64,000 nucleotides of DNA from Candidatus Eiseniibacteriota bacterium (GCA_963744995.1 CAVUWA010000002.1:288001-352000), one strand, 5' to 3'. Counted from the stretch's first letter, positions 28,072 to 38,648 are shown. Notes: a model not told the origin generated them from the letters alone. Program-made: numbers and translations.

Positions 28072-29972
28072 GAGCCATCTGGTGTGCCGTGCTCGCGGGT
28101 ACGGCAATGTTGGCGGCGGTCCCGTCAATGGCGCAGCCGCCGCGGGAAGACACGATCTGGGCGCGCACGACCGACGGCGCGTCGCTCACGCTCGACGGCG
28201 TGCTCGACGAGCCGGCGTGGGCGAATGCGGAGACCAAGATCATCAAGTACCGGTACAACTCCGGCCTGCCCGGCAGTGGCTGGAAGGACGAGAGCCCGCT
28301 GAGTCTGACCGACAGCCTCGAAGCGACGCTCAGGTTCCTCGTGGTGGGCAACCAGTTGTGGCTGGGCGTGGACGTGGCCGACAGCTCGGTCGGCGGCGGC
28401 GGCACCTTCAACCAGTTCGACGGCCTTCTCATGGGCATGAAGGACCACTCGCTGCCCGACCGTCCGGCGCCGCAGGCCGAGTACCTGTACGCGTGGTGGT
28501 CGCAGGTGCTGGTCGGCACGCCGCCCATCAACATGGAGCCCGTGTTCGGCGGCCGCTGGGCGACGCCGCCGTGGGGCTGCTGCGACCGCACCCCGGAGCA
28601 GATCGACGCCTGGGACGCCCGCACGATCGTCCACGGCACGGTGAACAGCGACACCACCATCGACAACGGCTACACCATGGAGATGCGCTTCGACCTCGGC
28701 GTCATGGGCTACGACGTCACGCAGTCGGGCGGCGACGTGGTCGAGTGGAACATCTCGCTTTACGACTGTGACTGGCGCTGGCCGTTCACGCTGGGCCGCT
28801 TCGGCGCCAACCGCACCTGGTGGCAGTGCCCGTGGGGGAACACCACCGCCTACAACGAAGTGCTGATCTACTCGCGCCCCGACGTGACGATCAACTCCGG
28901 CGCGCTGCCGAGCGTGCCGCAGATCGACATGACCATCCCCAACGCGGGGACGCTGGCCGCGCCGACGATCGACGGCGACCTGAGCGATCCCGTGTGGGCG
29001 GTCGCGCCGAGCTTCCAGATCAAGTACGGGGACGACGCGCTGCGTGATTCGTATCCGGGCATGGGCAAGTGGCGCTCCGGCCAGTATCAGCCTGAGGTGA
29101 ACGGCGGTCTGGCCGCGGTGCTCGATCCGGCCGACGCCACGGTCAAGTACTTCTACAAGGATGACAAGCTCTATCTCGGCTTCGACGTCAACGACCAGGT
29201 GGTGCAGAGCCATCCGAATTTCGACAGCTGGGATGGTTTCATCGTCGGTCTCGACGAGACCGGGCTCGACGACATCGACCACGTGCTGCAGACGCGGCGG
29301 ATCACTTTCACGGTGGGCCCGACCGGCGAAGCGCTGAAACAGGACTACCTGCCGTACCTCGCCGACACGCTGCACGGCGCCGAGGTTGCCATGAACCTGA
29401 AGCCGAACACGACGGTGGACACGCTGGGCACCGACATCGACGAGGGCTACACGGCCGAGCTGATGATCGACATGACCAAGCTCGGGTATCCGGCGGGGCT
29501 CGGTGACGGAATCGGCTACTTCAGCGTCGACATGCTGGACGGCGACTCGTACACGCCCTACACGTTCAGCTACGGCACCCGGACATGGTATTTCCGCGAG
29601 TACGACAACAGCTGCTGTCCGGCGCGGGTGTACTTCGATCCGAACACCTCGGTGGTGGGCATCGACGGGCCGTCGGTATCTGTGCCGGGCCGCGTGCTGC
29701 TGCTCGGCGCGGCGCCGAATCCGTTCCGCGCGCTGACCACCATCCAGTTCCGGTTGCCGCAGGCGAGCCGGCTCGAGATGGCGGTGTTCGACCTGAACGG
29801 CCGCCGCGTGGCGACGCGGGACCTGGGTCTGCGTGAAGCGGGACCCGGCACCGCGACGTTCAGCGGCTCGGAGCTGAAGCCAGGCATGTACCTGTATCGT
29901 CTGCAGGCCGCGGATGCGAACAGCGGCCGCGCGATCGGCTCGGCGTCCGGAAAGATGGTGCTGGTCGACTGA
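28068..29972 (+). CDS. Secreted protein with tandem CBM9/DOMON-like domains and C-terminal T9SS-like domain
   Basis: Signal peptide; two repeats (TLDGVLDEPAW...GYTMEMRF and TIDGDLSDPVW...GYTAELMI); AAPNPF...VFDLNGRRV...PGMYLY. Confidence 0.75.
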   Translation: MRAIWCAVLAGTAMLAAVPSMAQPPREDTIWARTTDGASLTLDGVLDEPAWANAETKIIKYRYNSGLPGSGWKDESPLSLTDSLEATLRFLVVGNQLWLGVDVADSSVGGGGTFNQFDGLLMGMKDHSLPDRPAPQAEYLYAWWSQVLVGTPPINMEPVFGGRWATPPWGCCDRTPEQIDAWDARTIVHGTVNSDTTIDNGYTMEMRFDLGVMGYDVTQSGGDVVEWNISLYDCDWRWPFTLGRFGANRTWWQCPWGNTTAYNEVLIYSRPDVTINSGALPSVPQIDMTIPNAGTLAAPTIDGDLSDPVWAVAPSFQIKYGDDALRDSYPGMGKWRSGQYQPEVNGGLAAVLDPADATVKYFYKDDKLYLGFDVNDQVVQSHPNFDSWDGFIVGLDETGLDDIDHVLQTRRITFTVGPTGEALKQDYLPYLADTLHGAEVAMNLKPNTTVDTLGTDIDEGYTAELMIDMTKLGYPAGLGDGIGYFSVDMLDGDSYTPYTFSYGTRTWYFREYDNSCCPARVYFDPNTSVVGIDGPSVSVPGRVLLLGAAPNPFRALTTIQFRLPQASRLEMAVFDLNGRRVATRDLGLREAGPGTATFSGSELKPGMYLYRLQAADANSGRAIGSASGKMVLVD

Positions 29973-32695
29973 TGCGCGGATCCGGTGGTGACACCGGCGT
30001 GCGGCGCGTGCGTGGGATCGCGCGCGCCGCACGTCTGCTGGGGCGGCTCCTGCCGGGTCTCGTCCTCATCCTTGCGCCCGCGCTCGCGTGGGCCGGGACC
30101 ACGGGCAAGATCTCCGGCCGGATCGTGGACGACCAGGGCGAACCGCTGGCCGGCGTGAACGTGGCCGTGCCGGCGGCGCGTACCGGCGCCGTCACGGACC
30201 TCGACGGCCGTTACGTCGTCATCAATGTGCCGGCCGGAACCTATGACGTTCGGATCAACCTGCTCGGCTACAACACCACGACCGTCACCGGACTCGTGGT
30301 GTCGGCGGATCAGACCGCCTCGCTCGACGTGGCGCTCAAGCCCGCGCCGCTGCAGATGGAAGAGGTGGTGATCACCGCGGAGCGGCCGGTGGTCGACGTC
30401 AAGGCCACGAGCAACGTCGCGAACGTCACCCGCAGGGAGATCGAATCGCTGCCCGTGCAGGAGCTGAGCGACATCGTCAACCTGCAGGCCGGCGTGGTGG
30501 ACGGGCACTTCCGCGGCGGACGAATCGGCGAAGTGCAGTATCAGGTCGACGGCGTCTCGGTGAACAACCCGTACGACAACAAGGCCGGCATCACGCTCGA
30601 CCGTTCGCTGCTCGAGGAGGTCCAGGTGGTGAGCGGCACGTTCGACGCGGAATACGGCCAGGCCATGAGCGGCGTGGTGAATGCGGTGCTGAAGCGTGGC
30701 ACCGAGCACTTCGAGGTCGACGCCGAGGCCTTTTCGGGCGACGCCGTCTTCGGAAACGACCGGGTCGTGAGCGACCGGTCGCGGATCGGCAGCCAGGGCA
30801 ACTTCACCCTCAACCTCAGCGGGCCGACCGGCCTGCCCAAGACCACGTTTCTGCTCGGCGGGCGGCGCACCGTGGACGACGGCTGGATCATGGCGCGCCG
30901 GCTGTTCCTTCCGACCGATCACTTTCTCTACGACTCGAGCGGCGCGGTCGTCGGCCACACCAGGTCCGGTGACCGCAAGTCGGTCCCGCTCAACTATCGC
31001 AGGGAGTGGGGAGCGGTCGCGAAGATCACCAACCGCTCGCTCGAAAACACGGAGTTCAGCTATCAGGCGCTGCTGGTGGACGCGGATCAGCGCAACTACG
31101 ACTGGGCCTTCCGCCTGAACCCGGACGGCCTGCCCAAACAGCACTCGCTGTCGGTGGTGCACGGGCTGGACGTGACGCAGACGCTCAGCCGGGAGAGCTT
31201 CATCAACTTCTCGGTGCGCCAGAACATCGTCGACTACAGGGATTTCGCCTACGACGACGTGAACGATCCGCGCTACGACCAGGCCGGAGCGCCGGAAGGC
31301 GACCCGAACTTCGAAAACGGCGCCTACTACCAGGGCGTGAGCCTCAACCGGTTCGAGCAGTTCACCAACTCGATGATCTACAAAGGCGCGCTGGTGCGGC
31401 AGTTCAGTCGTGACCAGCAGTTCAAGATCGGCGCCGAGACGCAGTGGTCGACGCTGCGCTTCGGCTCGCCCGGTTACCTGGTGTCGCGGCAGGTCGGCTC
31501 GAGCACGGTGCTCCTGCGCCACGACAACGAGCCCCCCGACTTTCCGGGCGTGCTCGAATACCACCCGGTCACCGCCGCTGCGTACGCACAGCAGGAGATC
31601 GAGTGGAACGACATCAGCCTGCGGGCGGGGGTCCGTTTCGACTTCTTCGACGCCCGCTCCACCCTGCCGAGCGACCTGCAGAATCCGGCGAACGCGATCG
31701 CCGGCGCGCCGCCTTCGCCCTCGCGCGCGACCACCGCAAAGACGTCGTTCTCGCCGCGGCTCGGGGTGTCCTACCCGGTGGCGAAGGACGCGGCACTGTT
31801 CTTCGCGTACGGGCACTTCTACCAGCTGCCGCCGCTCGGCGACATCTTCCGCAACTCGGACTACGACAAGCTCGCCTCGCTGGCCGCCGGCACCTCCGAC
31901 TTCGGCGTGCTCGGCAACCCGGACGTCAAGCCGGAGCGCACGGTGCAGTACCAGTTCGGCTACAAGCAGGCCTTCACCGACTGGTTCGGCATGGACGTGA
32001 CGGCGTTCTACAAGGACATCCGCGACCTGCTCGGCGTCGAGTTCATCCAGACCTACAACGATGCCGAGTACGCGCGCCTGACCAACTCCGACTTCGGCAG
32101 CGTGATCGGCTTCACCCTCGCGCTCAACCAGCGCCAGCGCGGCCTGTTCAGCAGCCGGATCGACTACACCTGGCAGCGCGCGCGCGGCAACTCCAGCGAC
32201 CCGCGTGAAACGGCCACGCGCGCGGAGGCCGGGGAGGACCCGCGCCCGCGCGAAGTGCCGTTCAACTGGGACCAGCGCCACACGCTCAACGTGTCGGCAT
32301 GGCTGTCCAAGCCGGACGACTTCACGGTGAGCGGCGTGCTGCGGCTCGCCAGCGGACAGCCGTATACGCCGAACGTCGAAGGCGGTTTCGGTTTCGGGCA
32401 GGAGGAGAACTCGGGGCGCAAACCCGTCGCGGTGACGTTCGACCTGCGCGCCGAAAAGTCGGTGCGCTGGGGCGACGCCAGGCCTCAGCTGTTCGCACGG
32501 GTGTTGAACGTGTTCGACGCCCGCTACTTCAATGGATTCGTGTTTCCGAGCACGGGCAGCCCTTACTACACGCGATACCCGTCGGCCGAGATGTCGACGC
32601 TCGAGAATCCGAATCGGTTCTTCGGCCCGCGCAAGATCGAGGTGGGCGTTCGAGTTCATCTGGGAGCCGGCCGGAGCACGGAGCAGGAGACATGA
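29972..32695 (+). CDS. TonB-dependent receptor with N-terminal carboxypeptidase-regulatory-like domain
   Basis: GTTGKISGRIVD..GEPLAGVNV; plug HFRGGR..EV.Y.VDG and G.FDAEYGQAMSGVVN; SPRLGVSYP, GNPDVKPE.T, WDQRHT, PRKIEVG. Confidence 0.92.
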   Translation: MRGSGGDTGVRRVRGIARAARLLGRLLPGLVLILAPALAWAGTTGKISGRIVDDQGEPLAGVNVAVPAARTGAVTDLDGRYVVINVPAGTYDVRINLLGYNTTTVTGLVVSADQTASLDVALKPAPLQMEEVVITAERPVVDVKATSNVANVTRREIESLPVQELSDIVNLQAGVVDGHFRGGRIGEVQYQVDGVSVNNPYDNKAGITLDRSLLEEVQVVSGTFDAEYGQAMSGVVNAVLKRGTEHFEVDAEAFSGDAVFGNDRVVSDRSRIGSQGNFTLNLSGPTGLPKTTFLLGGRRTVDDGWIMARRLFLPTDHFLYDSSGAVVGHTRSGDRKSVPLNYRREWGAVAKITNRSLENTEFSYQALLVDADQRNYDWAFRLNPDGLPKQHSLSVVHGLDVTQTLSRESFINFSVRQNIVDYRDFAYDDVNDPRYDQAGAPEGDPNFENGAYYQGVSLNRFEQFTNSMIYKGALVRQFSRDQQFKIGAETQWSTLRFGSPGYLVSRQVGSSTVLLRHDNEPPDFPGVLEYHPVTAAAYAQQEIEWNDISLRAGVRFDFFDARSTLPSDLQNPANAIAGAPPSPSRATTAKTSFSPRLGVSYPVAKDAALFFAYGHFYQLPPLGDIFRNSDYDKLASLAAGTSDFGVLGNPDVKPERTVQYQFGYKQAFTDWFGMDVTAFYKDIRDLLGVEFIQTYNDAEYARLTNSDFGSVIGFTLALNQRQRGLFSSRIDYTWQRARGNSSDPRETATRAEAGEDPRPREVPFNWDQRHTLNVSAWLSKPDDFTVSGVLRLASGQPYTPNVEGGFGFGQEENSGRKPVAVTFDLRAEKSVRWGDARPQLFARVLNVFDARYFNGFVFPSTGSPYYTRYPSAEMSTLENPNRFFGPRKIEVGVRVHLGAGRSTEQET

Positions 32696-35600
32696 TGAAG
32701 CGCTGGGGATCGTGTGCGATCGTCGCGGTGTGGCTCGTTCTCGGGTCGGGTGCGGGAGCGCCTGCCGCCCGCGCCGCGGGGCAGTCGTCGCCGCCGCCCG
32801 AGCAGCGCGGCCGCATCGACGCCGAGCGTTCCGGCTTCCACGACGCGGCCAACATTCGCACCGTGTTCTGGAACTACGGAATGGTCGGAGACTATCCCGC
32901 CGACCCGGGCAACGTGGATCTCTCGGTGTTCCATTCGGTGGAAGTGCCGAAGGGCAGCGGGATGAACTACTCGGACGGCATCACCCCGTTCGTGCTCGCG
33001 AAGATCAAGCAGGCCAACGGCGACGATGCCTACATCATGGAGACCGGCTACCGCGAGCGGCAGGGCATCAGCCCGGTCAGCAACCTCACGATGCGCTTCG
33101 AGCCGCGGCCGGGCTGGTTCCAGGCCGACCCGAGCATCAACCAGGGGCGCTCACCCGCGATCAGCAGCGATCCGCGCACCTGGCCGGACAGCTGGCCGGA
33201 CAAGTTGAACGATCCCGACGATCCGGGCTGGTCCGGGAGCTGGGACGGCTACTTCGGCAAACGGCCGGGCGCCGATCAGGAGAGCTTCACCGTCATGGAC
33301 GACAACTTCTACGACGCGTGGACGTTCTTCCCCGACTCGACCGACCACACCCGCCACGGGCTCGGCCTGCGCGTCGAGGTGCGCGGGTTCCAGTGGGCGA
33401 ACCCGCAGGCCGGCAACGTGATCTTCTGGCACTACGACATCACCAACGAGGGCACGACCGATTACGACGACAACATCATCTTCGGTCTCTACATGGACTC
33501 GGGCGTCGGCGGCTCGGCGCTGTCCTGCGACGGCATCTACGAGTCGGACGACGACAATGCCTACTGGGACCGCAACGCCGGACTCAACCTGGTCTACACC
33601 TGGGACAAGAACGGCCATGGCCGCGATTTGTCCGGCCCATGCGGCAAGACCGGGTACCTGGGCTACGCCTATCTCGAGACGCCCGGCAACAAGTTCAACG
33701 GAATCGACGACGACAGCGACGGCATCGTGGACGAGGCGCGCGACGGCGGACCCGGCATCGAGATCGTCGGCCAGGACGCGATCCGTTCGTGGGTGTACTC
33801 GCACTATGACACGACGAAGTTCTTCGCGACCTACGGCAAGCTAGAGGACCGCCCGGCGTTCCGGGCCGGCACGTGGTGGACCGGCGACGAGGACATGGAC
33901 TGGAATCCCGACGTGAACGACACCGGCGCCGACGGCGTCAAGGACACGCACGATACCGGCGAGGACGACGGCATCCCCACCGAGGGCGAGGCGAACTTCG
34001 ATCGCACCGACCTCAATGAATCCGATCAGATCGGGCTCACCGGCTTCAAGATGAACCGCATCCGCGCCGGCGTCGGCAACCCGGATCAGATGACCGACAA
34101 CATCGTGTTCTTCACCGACAGTCAGAGCTGGCCGCAGCGCCTGTACCAGAAGTTCACGAATCCCTACGTGCCGGCGCGCTTCGACTCGGCGCTGGCCTCG
34201 AACTACAACATCGGCTTCCTGTTCGCGTCGGGACCGTTCCAGCTCAAAGTGGGCAAGACGGAACGCTTCAGTCTCGCACTCGCCTACGGCGCCGACCTCG
34301 CCGAGCTGCGCGAGACCGTGAAGGTCGTGCAGGAGATCTACAACGCGAACTATCAGTTCGCGGTGCCGCCCGACATGCCCACGCTGCATGCGGAGTCCGG
34401 CGACGGCTACGTGCGGCTGTCGTGGGACGACGTCGCCGAACGCTCGATCGATCCGGTCTCGAACAAGTTCGACTTCGAGGGCTACCGGATCTACCGCTCG
34501 ACCGATCCGGACTTCCGCGACGTCAAGGTGCTCACCACCGGCCGCGGCAATCCGTCCACGCTCAGCGGCAAGCCGATCGCCCAGTTCGACCTGGCCGACA
34601 GCGTGCGCGGTTACTCGAACGTCACGGTCGACGGCGTCGCGTACTACCTGGGCAACGAGACCGGCATCACCCACACCTGGACGGATACCACGGTCACGAA
34701 CGGGCAGGACTACTACTACGCCGTGACGTCCTACGACTACGGCTCGCCGGAGACGGTCGGAGACGAGTTCAAGTTCTTCCCCTCGGAGAATGCGATTGCG
34801 GTGTCACGCACGCCGCGCGGCGGCACGATCCTGCCGAAGAACGTGGTGCTGGTGCGACCGGAACCCAGGGTGCCGGGCTACGAAGCGGCGGAGGCCGGCG
34901 CGGTGGAGAAGACGGCCGGGGACGGCACCGGCTCGGTCACGACGCGAATCATTCACGACGGCGAGGTGGCGGACGATCACCTCTACAAGCTCACGTTCCA
35001 GGTGCCGTCGCCGGACAGCATCCACGCCAGCGCGTACACGCTGAAGGACAGCACCACCGGCGACGTGTTCTTCTCGACCGGGCGGGATTTCGACGGGGGC
35101 GGCATCGGTCCAGTAGGTGGCGGCATCCTGCCGATCGTGAGCTCGCCGACCGTATCGTCGTTCGATGCGGATTCGTCCGGCTTCACGGCCGGTTCGCCGA
35201 CCAACACGCGGCTGAAGGCGGTCTACTCCCCGGGGCTCGACCGCAACTGGCGGCGCCGGGGCTATCCCAACAACATTCGCATCGAGTTCTCCGACACGGT
35301 GCAGGACACCGGGCTCTTCCTGCCCCCGCTGCCGGCGAAGCCGGCGAAGTTCAAGGTGTATGCGGAGTCGCCGTCGGGAGACATCCCGCTCGACTTCCAG
35401 TTCTACGACCCGGACAACAATGGCACGTTGAGCCGGCCGGACGAGTACATCGTGATCCTCACCTACGACACGCCGCCGGCCACGCGTTTCGACATCACGT
35501 GGGAAGTGCGACTCGACACACTCGGTCAGGGCGCACGCGGGCCGATCGTGCCTCCGGGCGCCGGTGACACCTGGAACATGGTGGTCACCCGCCCGCTCGG

Positions 35601-35979
35601 CGACGACGACGTATTCGTGTTCAGGACGACGGGGCAGCGCGTCGACCCCGCGGCGGCCGCCGCGGCACCGCTCGAGCCCTACGTGGTTCCCAATCCGTAC
35701 GTCGGTGCGGCGAGCTTCGAACCGGAGCGCTTCGCGACCAACGGGCGTGGCGAGCGCCGCGTCGAGTTCCGCAATCTGCCGCTGGGCAGCGTCATCCGCA
35801 TCTACACCGTGCACGGCGATCTGGTGCAGACGCTGCGCCAGGACGGTTCGACGAATGGAACGGTGCCGTGGGACCTGCGGACGCGCGACAACCTCGATGT
35901 GGCGCCGGGGCTGTACGTGTATCAGGTGGAAGCACCGGGCGCCCGCACCCACGTCGGCAAGTTCGCGATCATCAAGTGA
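32692..35979 (+). CDS. Large secreted Fn3-containing protein with acidic Ca-binding-like loops and C-terminal sorting-like domain
   Basis: Signal peptide, NGIDDDSDGIVDE, Fn3 (GDGYVRLSWD, FEGYRIYRS, NGQDYYYAVTSYD), VVPNPY...IRIYTVHGDLV...APGLYVY. Confidence 0.85.
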   Translation: MMKRWGSCAIVAVWLVLGSGAGAPAARAAGQSSPPPEQRGRIDAERSGFHDAANIRTVFWNYGMVGDYPADPGNVDLSVFHSVEVPKGSGMNYSDGITPFVLAKIKQANGDDAYIMETGYRERQGISPVSNLTMRFEPRPGWFQADPSINQGRSPAISSDPRTWPDSWPDKLNDPDDPGWSGSWDGYFGKRPGADQESFTVMDDNFYDAWTFFPDSTDHTRHGLGLRVEVRGFQWANPQAGNVIFWHYDITNEGTTDYDDNIIFGLYMDSGVGGSALSCDGIYESDDDNAYWDRNAGLNLVYTWDKNGHGRDLSGPCGKTGYLGYAYLETPGNKFNGIDDDSDGIVDEARDGGPGIEIVGQDAIRSWVYSHYDTTKFFATYGKLEDRPAFRAGTWWTGDEDMDWNPDVNDTGADGVKDTHDTGEDDGIPTEGEANFDRTDLNESDQIGLTGFKMNRIRAGVGNPDQMTDNIVFFTDSQSWPQRLYQKFTNPYVPARFDSALASNYNIGFLFASGPFQLKVGKTERFSLALAYGADLAELRETVKVVQEIYNANYQFAVPPDMPTLHAESGDGYVRLSWDDVAERSIDPVSNKFDFEGYRIYRSTDPDFRDVKVLTTGRGNPSTLSGKPIAQFDLADSVRGYSNVTVDGVAYYLGNETGITHTWTDTTVTNGQDYYYAVTSYDYGSPETVGDEFKFFPSENAIAVSRTPRGGTILPKNVVLVRPEPRVPGYEAAEAGAVEKTAGDGTGSVTTRIIHDGEVADDHLYKLTFQVPSPDSIHASAYTLKDSTTGDVFFSTGRDFDGGGIGPVGGGILPIVSSPTVSSFDADSSGFTAGSPTNTRLKAVYSPGLDRNWRRRGYPNNIRIEFSDTVQDTGLFLPPLPAKPAKFKVYAESPSGDIPLDFQFYDPDNNGTLSRPDEYIVILTYDTPPATRFDITWEVRLDTLGQGARGPIVPPGAGDTWNMVVTRPLGDDDVFVFRTTGQRVDPAAAAAAPLEPYVVPNPYVGAASFEPERFATNGRGERRVEFRNLPLGSVIRIYTVHGDLVQTLRQDGSTNGTVPWDLRTRDNLDVAPGLYVYQVEAPGARTHVGKFAIIK

Positions 35980-35987
35980 GGTCTCCC

Positions 35988-37007
35988 GTGCGCCAGTTGC
36001 CGCTGCTCGCTGCCGCCGCCCTCGCGGCGCTCGCCGCTCTGCCGGTCGCGGCGTTCGCCCAGTCCAAGGTCGGCACCACGATCGGACAGTTCCTGCTCAT
36101 CGAGCCCAGCGCGCGCGTGGCGGGCATGGGCAACGCCGGCGTCACACTGCTCTCCGGCCTCGACGGCGCCTATTACAATCCGGCGTCGGCGGCCCATGTG
36201 GATCGCTACGAGCTGGCGTTCACGCACGCCGATTGGTTCGCGGGCATCCGCTACGACTACGCCGCGTTCGCGATGCCGCTCGGGCGCTGGGGCAACGGGT
36301 ACGTCTCGGTGACCTCGCTCGGCTCGGGGGACATCGAGGTCCGCACGGTGGCGCAGCCACTCGGCACGGGGCTGCTCTACTCGGTGAACGACGTCGCGAT
36401 CGGTGTCGGCTATGCCCGCGACATCACCGACCGCTTCTCGGTCGGCACGCAGATCACCTGGCTGCAGGAGACGATCTGGAACAGTTCGGCGAGCGCCGCG
36501 ACCGTGAGCATCGGCACGCTGTTCCGGATCTCCGACAACGGCCTGCACATCGGCTCGAGCCTCAGCAACTTCGGCACGCAGACCCGTTTCGACGGACGCG
36601 ACCTGCGGATCCTCTACGACAACGATCCGACCCGTTACGGCGACAACGGCGCTCTGCCCGGGCTGCGCTACACCGACACCTTCAGCCTGCCCGCGCTGTT
36701 CCGCGTCGGGCTCGGCCTGCCGCTCAGGATCAACGCGGCCCAGACCCTGAACATGGCCGTCGATGCGTACCACCCGAGCGACAACGCCGAGAGCGTGAGC
36801 ATGGGTGCCGAATGGGCCTACCGCGATCTCGTCGCGCTGCGCGCGGGCTACCAGAACCTGTTCCTGACCGATTCCGAGACCGGGCTCACGCTGGGCGCCG
36901 GGGTGGGGGGCAGACTCGACGAATACCGCTATCGCCTGAACTACGCCTGGGCGGACCAGGGTCGTCTCGGTTCGTCCCAGCGGTTCTCACTGAACATCGG
37001 CTTCTGA
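35988..37007 (+). CDS. PorV/PorQ family outer-membrane protein
   Basis: Signal peptide, FLLIEPSARVAGMG.A, YYNPA, H.DWFAGI, SNFG, LP.LFRVG, GAEWAY...LRAGY, terminal Phe. Alternative GTG at 35976. Confidence 0.88.
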   Translation: MRQLPLLAAAALAALAALPVAAFAQSKVGTTIGQFLLIEPSARVAGMGNAGVTLLSGLDGAYYNPASAAHVDRYELAFTHADWFAGIRYDYAAFAMPLGRWGNGYVSVTSLGSGDIEVRTVAQPLGTGLLYSVNDVAIGVGYARDITDRFSVGTQITWLQETIWNSSASAATVSIGTLFRISDNGLHIGSSLSNFGTQTRFDGRDLRILYDNDPTRYGDNGALPGLRYTDTFSLPALFRVGLGLPLRINAAQTLNMAVDAYHPSDNAESVSMGAEWAYRDLVALRAGYQNLFLTDSETGLTLGAGVGGRLDEYRYRLNYAWADQGRLGSSQRFSLNIGF

Positions 37008-37039
37008 CGGCGGCGTCCGGCCGTACCGGACGTCCGCCG
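37008..37039. other. Intercistronic hairpin
   Basis: CGGCGG-CGTCCGG-ccgta-CCGGACG-t-CCGCCG, directly after the PorV-family stop; no U-tract. Confidence 0.5.
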
Positions 37040-37053
37040 CGAGGAACGGACGC

Positions 37054-38622
37054 ATGAAAACACTCCTTCTTGCACTGCTCGCGCTGCCGCTCCTGGCGCC
37101 GCCCGCCTCGGCGCTCACCGACGCACAGCTCATCGATCTCGTCCAGCACGAGGCGTTCGACTTCTTCTGGAACGAGGTCAACCCGACCAACGGCCTGATC
37201 AAGGACCGCAGCACGCCGACCTCGCCCGCGAGCATCGCCTCCAACGGCTTCGGCTTCTCGGCGATCTGCATCGGTATCGAGCGCGGCTGGATCACCCGTG
37301 CGGAGGGCCGCGCCCGCGTGCTGACCACGCTCGAAACCTACTGGAACCAGCCGCAGGGCACCGCCGAGACCGGCGTCATCGGGTACAAGGGCTTCTACTA
37401 CCACTTCCTCGACATGAACACGGCGACGCGCACCTGGTCGTCCGAGCTGTCTTCGATCGATTCGGCGCTGCTGTTCGCCGGTATTCTGGACGCGCAGCAG
37501 TTCTTCGACGGAACCGAACCCGACGAAGTGCAGATCCGCGCGCTGGCCGACTCGATCTACCGCCGCGCCGACTGGGAGTGGTTCCGTAATTTCGGAACCG
37601 GCATCCGCATGGGCTGGAAGCCGACGGGCGGGTTCGGCAATTTCGGCACCTGGGTCGGCTACAACGAGGCGATGATCATGTACCTGCTCGGCCTCGGCTC
37701 GCCCACGCACGCCAACCCGTCGAGCGTCTGGAGCACGTGGACCAGCGGCTACAACTGGGCGAACTGGTACGGCTACGAATACGTCGTCTTTCCGCCGCTG
37801 TTCGGGCATCAGTACTCGCACTGCTGGGTGGATTTCCGGCTCGCCAACGACGCGTACATGAGCAACAAGGGCATCACCTATTTCGAGAACTCGCGCCGCG
37901 CGACGTTGGCGCAGCGCCAGTACTGCATCTACAACTTCATCGGCTTCACTGGCTACGGGGCGGACCTGTGGGGGCTGACCGCCAGCGACGATCCTCTGGT
38001 CGGCTACCAGGCGCATGGCGCGCCGCCCTCGCAGAACGACAACGGCACGCTCACGCCGACCGCGCCGGTCAGTTCGCTGCCGTTCGCCCCTGAGGTCGTG
38101 CTGCCGACCATGCAGAACATGTACGACAACTGGCCCTCGCTGTGGGGACCGTACGGATTCCTCGACGCGTTCAACCCCACCCACGACTGGTACGACACCG
38201 ACTACATCGGGATCGACGAAGGCCCGATGGTGATCATGATCGAGAACTACCGCAGTGGCTCGACCTGGAAGCGCATGATGTCGAGCCCCTACATCCTGGC
38301 CGGCCTCGCAGGCGCCGGGTTCAATGCGGTCGCTGCGGTCGAAGACCACCCGGTGGGCTCCGGCGTCGCGCTGGCCGCGCCACAGCCGAATCCGTTCCGC
38401 GGTCGCACCGAGCTGCGTTTCGATCTGCCCGCGCCCGCACGTGTGCGGCTCGCGGTGTTCGATGCCGCGGGCCGGCGCGTGGCGCAGCTGATCGACGGCG
38501 TGCTCGCAGCCGGACCGCACATCGCCACTTTCGACGCGGCGGCTCTTGCGCCCGGCGTCTACGAATGCGTGCTGCAGGCGGGCGACCGTCGTGCCGTGCG
38601 CACCGTCGTCCATCTCCGTTGA
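37054..38622 (+). CDS. GH144-like ('glucoamylase family') endo-beta-1,2-glucanase with C-terminal T9SS-like domain
   Basis: SIASNGFG, KGFYYHF, ELSSIDSALL, GYNEAMIMY, PLFGHQYSH, WGLTASD, GPYGF.DAFNP, GIDEGP..IMIENYRSG; PQPNPF CTD. Confidence 0.85.
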   Translation: MKTLLLALLALPLLAPPASALTDAQLIDLVQHEAFDFFWNEVNPTNGLIKDRSTPTSPASIASNGFGFSAICIGIERGWITRAEGRARVLTTLETYWNQPQGTAETGVIGYKGFYYHFLDMNTATRTWSSELSSIDSALLFAGILDAQQFFDGTEPDEVQIRALADSIYRRADWEWFRNFGTGIRMGWKPTGGFGNFGTWVGYNEAMIMYLLGLGSPTHANPSSVWSTWTSGYNWANWYGYEYVVFPPLFGHQYSHCWVDFRLANDAYMSNKGITYFENSRRATLAQRQYCIYNFIGFTGYGADLWGLTASDDPLVGYQAHGAPPSQNDNGTLTPTAPVSSLPFAPEVVLPTMQNMYDNWPSLWGPYGFLDAFNPTHDWYDTDYIGIDEGPMVIMIENYRSGSTWKRMMSSPYILAGLAGAGFNAVAAVEDHPVGSGVALAAPQPNPFRGRTELRFDLPAPARVRLAVFDAAGRRVAQLIDGVLAAGPHIATFDAAALAPGVYECVLQAGDRRAVRTVVHLR

Positions 38623-38648
38623 GCGGGGACGACGCCAGAGGACCGCAC

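Noticed and set aside
29570..32659. 1029-aa antisense ORF over the TBDR (similarly 39951-43094 and 53142-56285)
   Set aside because: These are mirror-frame artefacts of high GC3 codon bias, with no domain motifs.
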